The position numbers and the translations under genes are program-made. From Candidatus Woesearchaeota archaeon (GTDB lineage: Archaea > Nanobdellota > Nanobdellia > SCGC-AAA011-G17 > GW2011-AR18), in NCBI GenBank assembly GCA_964524105.1, contig CAZGBX010000005.1, positions 3,772 to 61,843 of the forward strand: a stretch of 58,072 nt of DNA, read 5' to 3'. The notes beneath the pieces are model-generated. The model made no database searches. It was not told the DNA's origin and was given only the letters and a program-made list of their open reading frames with translations. Below, piece after piece: positions 55,757 to 58,072 of the stretch (positions are counted from its first letter, which is position 1; each line of letters starts with the position of its first letter).

Positions 55757-55764
55757 TATATAAA
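55757..55764 (-). promoter_or_regulatory. TATA box (TTTATATA on the minus strand) of the giant-protein operon
   Basis: Its 3' end is 23 nt upstream of the ATG at 55734, which implies a leaderless transcript. Confidence 0.5.
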
Positions 55765-55832
55765 TGTATCTGTTGAAATTCAAAAAATAATCTAAACCAA
55801 ACAAATAAAAACTCAAACAAAACACAAAAACC

Positions 55833-56894
55833 ATGTCAAAGGTAGCAGTTCTAAAAACAACACCAAATACAGTAATTAAAGATTATTCTAAGTTAATGGA
55901 TTTAGCAGACTACAAAAAATTCATTAAAAAATCAAAAGAAACAATCTTAAAATTAAACCTATCATGGAGTTTATACTACCCAGCATGTTCAACAGAACCA
56001 TGGCAACTAGAAGGAGTAGTAAAAAAACTAAAAGATGACAATTACAAAAATATTCATCCAGTAGAAAACAAGACAGTAGTTACTGACCCAGTAAAAGGTT
56101 GTAAACTAAACAAGTGGGAAGGAGTAATAAAAAAATACAACTTAAAATACACACCACTCCCAGATGTTAAATGGGTAGACTACAAACCCAAAAAACCACT
56201 CCTAGCACTAAACAAAATCTTTGATGACCGCCACCAAATCCCAGAAATGTTCATAGGTAAAAACGTAATCCACTTCCCAACAATAAAAACTCATGGGCAC
56301 ACAACAATGACTGGCGCAATGAAAAACGCATTCGGAGGTTTAATTACAGAGAAAAGACACCATTGCCATAAAAAAATCCATGAAGTTCTAGTTGATTTAT
56401 TAACAATTCAAAAAGAAATCCATCCAGGAATGTTTGCTGTTATGGACGGTACAGTTTGTGGTGATGTTGGTGGTCCAAGAACAATGGAACCTAAAATAAA
56501 AAATATTATCCTAGCTTCTGGAGACCAAGTTGCAATCGATGCAATCTCTGCTAAACTAATGGGTTACGACCCTTTAAAGATTAAATTCATTAAACTAGCA
56601 CATGATAAAGGATTAGGATGCGGAGACGTTGACCAAATTGACATTAAAGGAATTGACATTAAAAACATTAACTTCAATTTCAAAACAAAGAAAAGCCCAG
56701 TAATCTTCTTTGATCAATTATTCAGGAACCATATAAAACCAATAGAAAAAATTCTTTTCCACTCACCTTTATTTAAATTCTGTGTATTCGGTTCAGAGTA
56801 TTACCACGACTACTTCTGGTACAACACAGTTGGAAAAAGAAGAATAAACAAGTTCATGAAAACAGAATGGGGTGAACTATTCCAAAAATACTAA
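55833..56894 (+). CDS. DUF362-domain protein
   Basis: MSKVAVLKT... N-terminus, and the FPTIKTHGHTTMTGAMKNAFGG and VMDGTV motifs typical of DUF362. Confidence 0.75.
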   Translation: MSKVAVLKTTPNTVIKDYSKLMDLADYKKFIKKSKETILKLNLSWSLYYPACSTEPWQLEGVVKKLKDDNYKNIHPVENKTVVTDPVKGCKLNKWEGVIKKYNLKYTPLPDVKWVDYKPKKPLLALNKIFDDRHQIPEMFIGKNVIHFPTIKTHGHTTMTGAMKNAFGGLITEKRHHCHKKIHEVLVDLLTIQKEIHPGMFAVMDGTVCGDVGGPRTMEPKIKNIILASGDQVAIDAISAKLMGYDPLKIKFIKLAHDKGLGCGDVDQIDIKGIDIKNINFNFKTKKSPVIFFDQLFRNHIKPIEKILFHSPLFKFCVFGSEYYHDYFWYNTVGKRRINKFMKTEWGELFQKY

Positions 56895-58072
56895 TCACTT
56901 AGTTGCCTTAATCTCAATCACGTCCCGATGTTTCAACTCATGATCCTTTCCAACAGGTACTCTCTTTTTAACATCAATAGCTTTAACAAAATTCTTTCCA
57001 AAATCAGTATGTAACTTATAAGCAAAGTCCAAAGCAGTTGAACCATTTGGCATTAAAAAACAATCAGCAAGTATTCTCCCATTTGAATCTTCCATCTTCC
57101 CTAAACCACCAGGAAATATTGCAATATAATCTAACAAATCAAAACAAGCTATATTCAAAGCATTTTGAACCCCCGTTGAACCAAACCTATCTAAAACATT
57201 TTTTTTAATATATTCTAATCCTTTTTCTTGATCAGGCAACAATTCTTTATTGACACTAAAATTATCTGTTCCAGGAACATAACCAATAAACTCAGCTTTG
57301 TCAGCCCCCCTTAAAGTTAATTCAGAAATTGCAGAACAAGGCATAACAATATAATCTGGATATTTCCCTTTCAACCGTTCTAAATTATTCTGTGCACCTT
57401 CAACATCAATCTTATTAGCAACAATCATCATTGGTTTAGAAAACTTCCTTAAAGAAGAGGCAAATTTTCTTAGTTCAGCTTCGCTCCAAGTAGATAAGTC
57501 CTTACTAAAATCTTTTAACACAGTTTTAGCAATATCTTCAGTAACTCTTAAACCAGATAATTGTGCAGCCACAGCTTTATGAAGATCTAAAGATTCCATC
57601 TTACAAGTCCTCACAAACTTATCCCAACCTTTCTTTATAATTCCTAAGTACCACATATCAAGCTCGTTTTCTAAAAACTCAACATCATTAAGTGGATCAT
57701 AACTTAAAGGTTCAACAGCTTCACCATTTTCATTTACAGAACCAGAAATATCAATTATATGCATAAGTGCATGAGCTTGATTAAGATCATCTAAAAATTG
57801 ATTCCCCCTACCTTTACCTTCATGCGCACCTGGAACTAATCCTGCAACATCAATCAATTCAACAGGAACAAACCTTTTATGATTAACACAATAACCTTCC
57901 CTTGGAGTACACTGTGTACCTAACTCCTTATCCACGCAATCAACTTTAACAAAACCAACTGCACGATTAGGTTTAATTGTAGTAAAAGGATAGTTTGCAA
58001 TTTCAATATTCATTAAAGTTGCAGCTTTAAAAAAAGTTGATTTTCCACTACTAGGGCCTCCAACTAAACCGA
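56895..58072 (-). CDS. Obg-family (YchF/Ygr210-like) GTPase with C-terminal TGS domain, 5' end outside the window
   Basis: The frame stays open past 58013: ..GLVGGPSSGKSTFFKAATL (G1), then NYPFTTIKPN (G2) and DVAGLVPGA (G3). C-terminal TGS-like ...HELKHRDVIEIKA. Confidence 0.85.
   Translation of the reverse strand, partial: GLVGGPSSGKSTFFKAATLMNIEIANYPFTTIKPNRAVGFVKVDCVDKELGTQCTPREGYCVNHKRFVPVELIDVAGLVPGAHEGKGRGNQFLDDLNQAHALMHIIDISGSVNENGEAVEPLSYDPLNDVEFLENELDMWYLGIIKKGWDKFVRTCKMESLDLHKAVAAQLSGLRVTEDIAKTVLKDFSKDLSTWSEAELRKFASSLRKFSKPMMIVANKIDVEGAQNNLERLKGKYPDYIVMPCSAISELTLRGADKAEFIGYVPGTDNFSVNKELLPDQEKGLEYIKKNVLDRFGSTGVQNALNIACFDLLDYIAIFPGGLGKMEDSNGRILADCFLMPNGSTALDFAYKLHTDFGKNFVKAIDVKKRVPVGKDHELKHRDVIEIKATK

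Noticed and set aside
42425-55832. The idea that the giant operon is a genomic island integrated at tRNA-Leu.
   Set aside because: I found no copy of the tRNA 3' end (such as GGTTCGAACCCTGTCTCCCAC) at the far border (55735-55832), and no integrase. It remains untested rather than supported.
1-58072. A search for CRISPR arrays, a diversity-generating retroelement (reverse transcriptase plus template/variable repeats), transposases, integrases and rRNA.
   Set aside because: I saw no regularly spaced direct repeats, no RT-like or DDE/tyrosine recombinase ORF, and no rRNA-like sequence. The only long-range DNA repeat noted is the 18-nt linker repeat inside the 1609-aa gene.

Overview
This is a gene-dense, AT-rich archaeal chromosome segment. 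Archaeal identity rests on a group II chaperonin (thermosome), TFB, Alba, an LSm-L37e pair, S8e, S17e, a class I CCA-adding enzyme, EndA, RNase Z, Dph2, ZPR1, archaeal-type GlyRS, SerRS, CysRS and SepF. The Lys/Ile/Asn-rich proteome, short genes and intron-laden tRNAs suggest a small-genome DPANN-like lineage, but that is inference.

Three tRNA genes are present:
- tRNA-Leu(UAG) has no intron.
- tRNA-Met/Ile2(CAU) carries a 47-nt intron at the canonical position.
- tRNA-Cys(GCA) is interrupted by two short bulge-helix-bulge (BHB) introns at non-canonical positions (8/9 and 30/31).

Most first genes look leaderless, with the 3' end of an 8-nt TATA box 22-23 nt upstream of the ATG. Three divergent gene pairs share one near-palindromic TATA box in an exactly 52-bp spacer. 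Internal genes use GGTGA-type Shine-Dalgarno (SD) sites, often with TTG starts or ATGA overlaps.

The most unusual region is 42.5-55.8 kb. It is a five-gene, translationally coupled, minus-strand operon encoding:
- a protein with a prepilin-like signal peptide;
- two giant acidic, Cys-rich secreted proteins of 1460 and 1609 aa, the latter with VanY/M15-like and GHSAG hydrolase motifs;
- a ~450-aa protein;
- a polytopic membrane protein.

I propose this operon is a cell-surface or host-interaction module.

Other notable content:
- a Bat-like MoxR/DUF58/vWA cluster;
- a thermosome flanked by two compositionally atypical orphan genes;
- a FlaI-type ATPase reduced to its N-terminal domain;
- several unannotated mini-ORFs.

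I saw no CRISPR array, rRNA, transposase or integrase.
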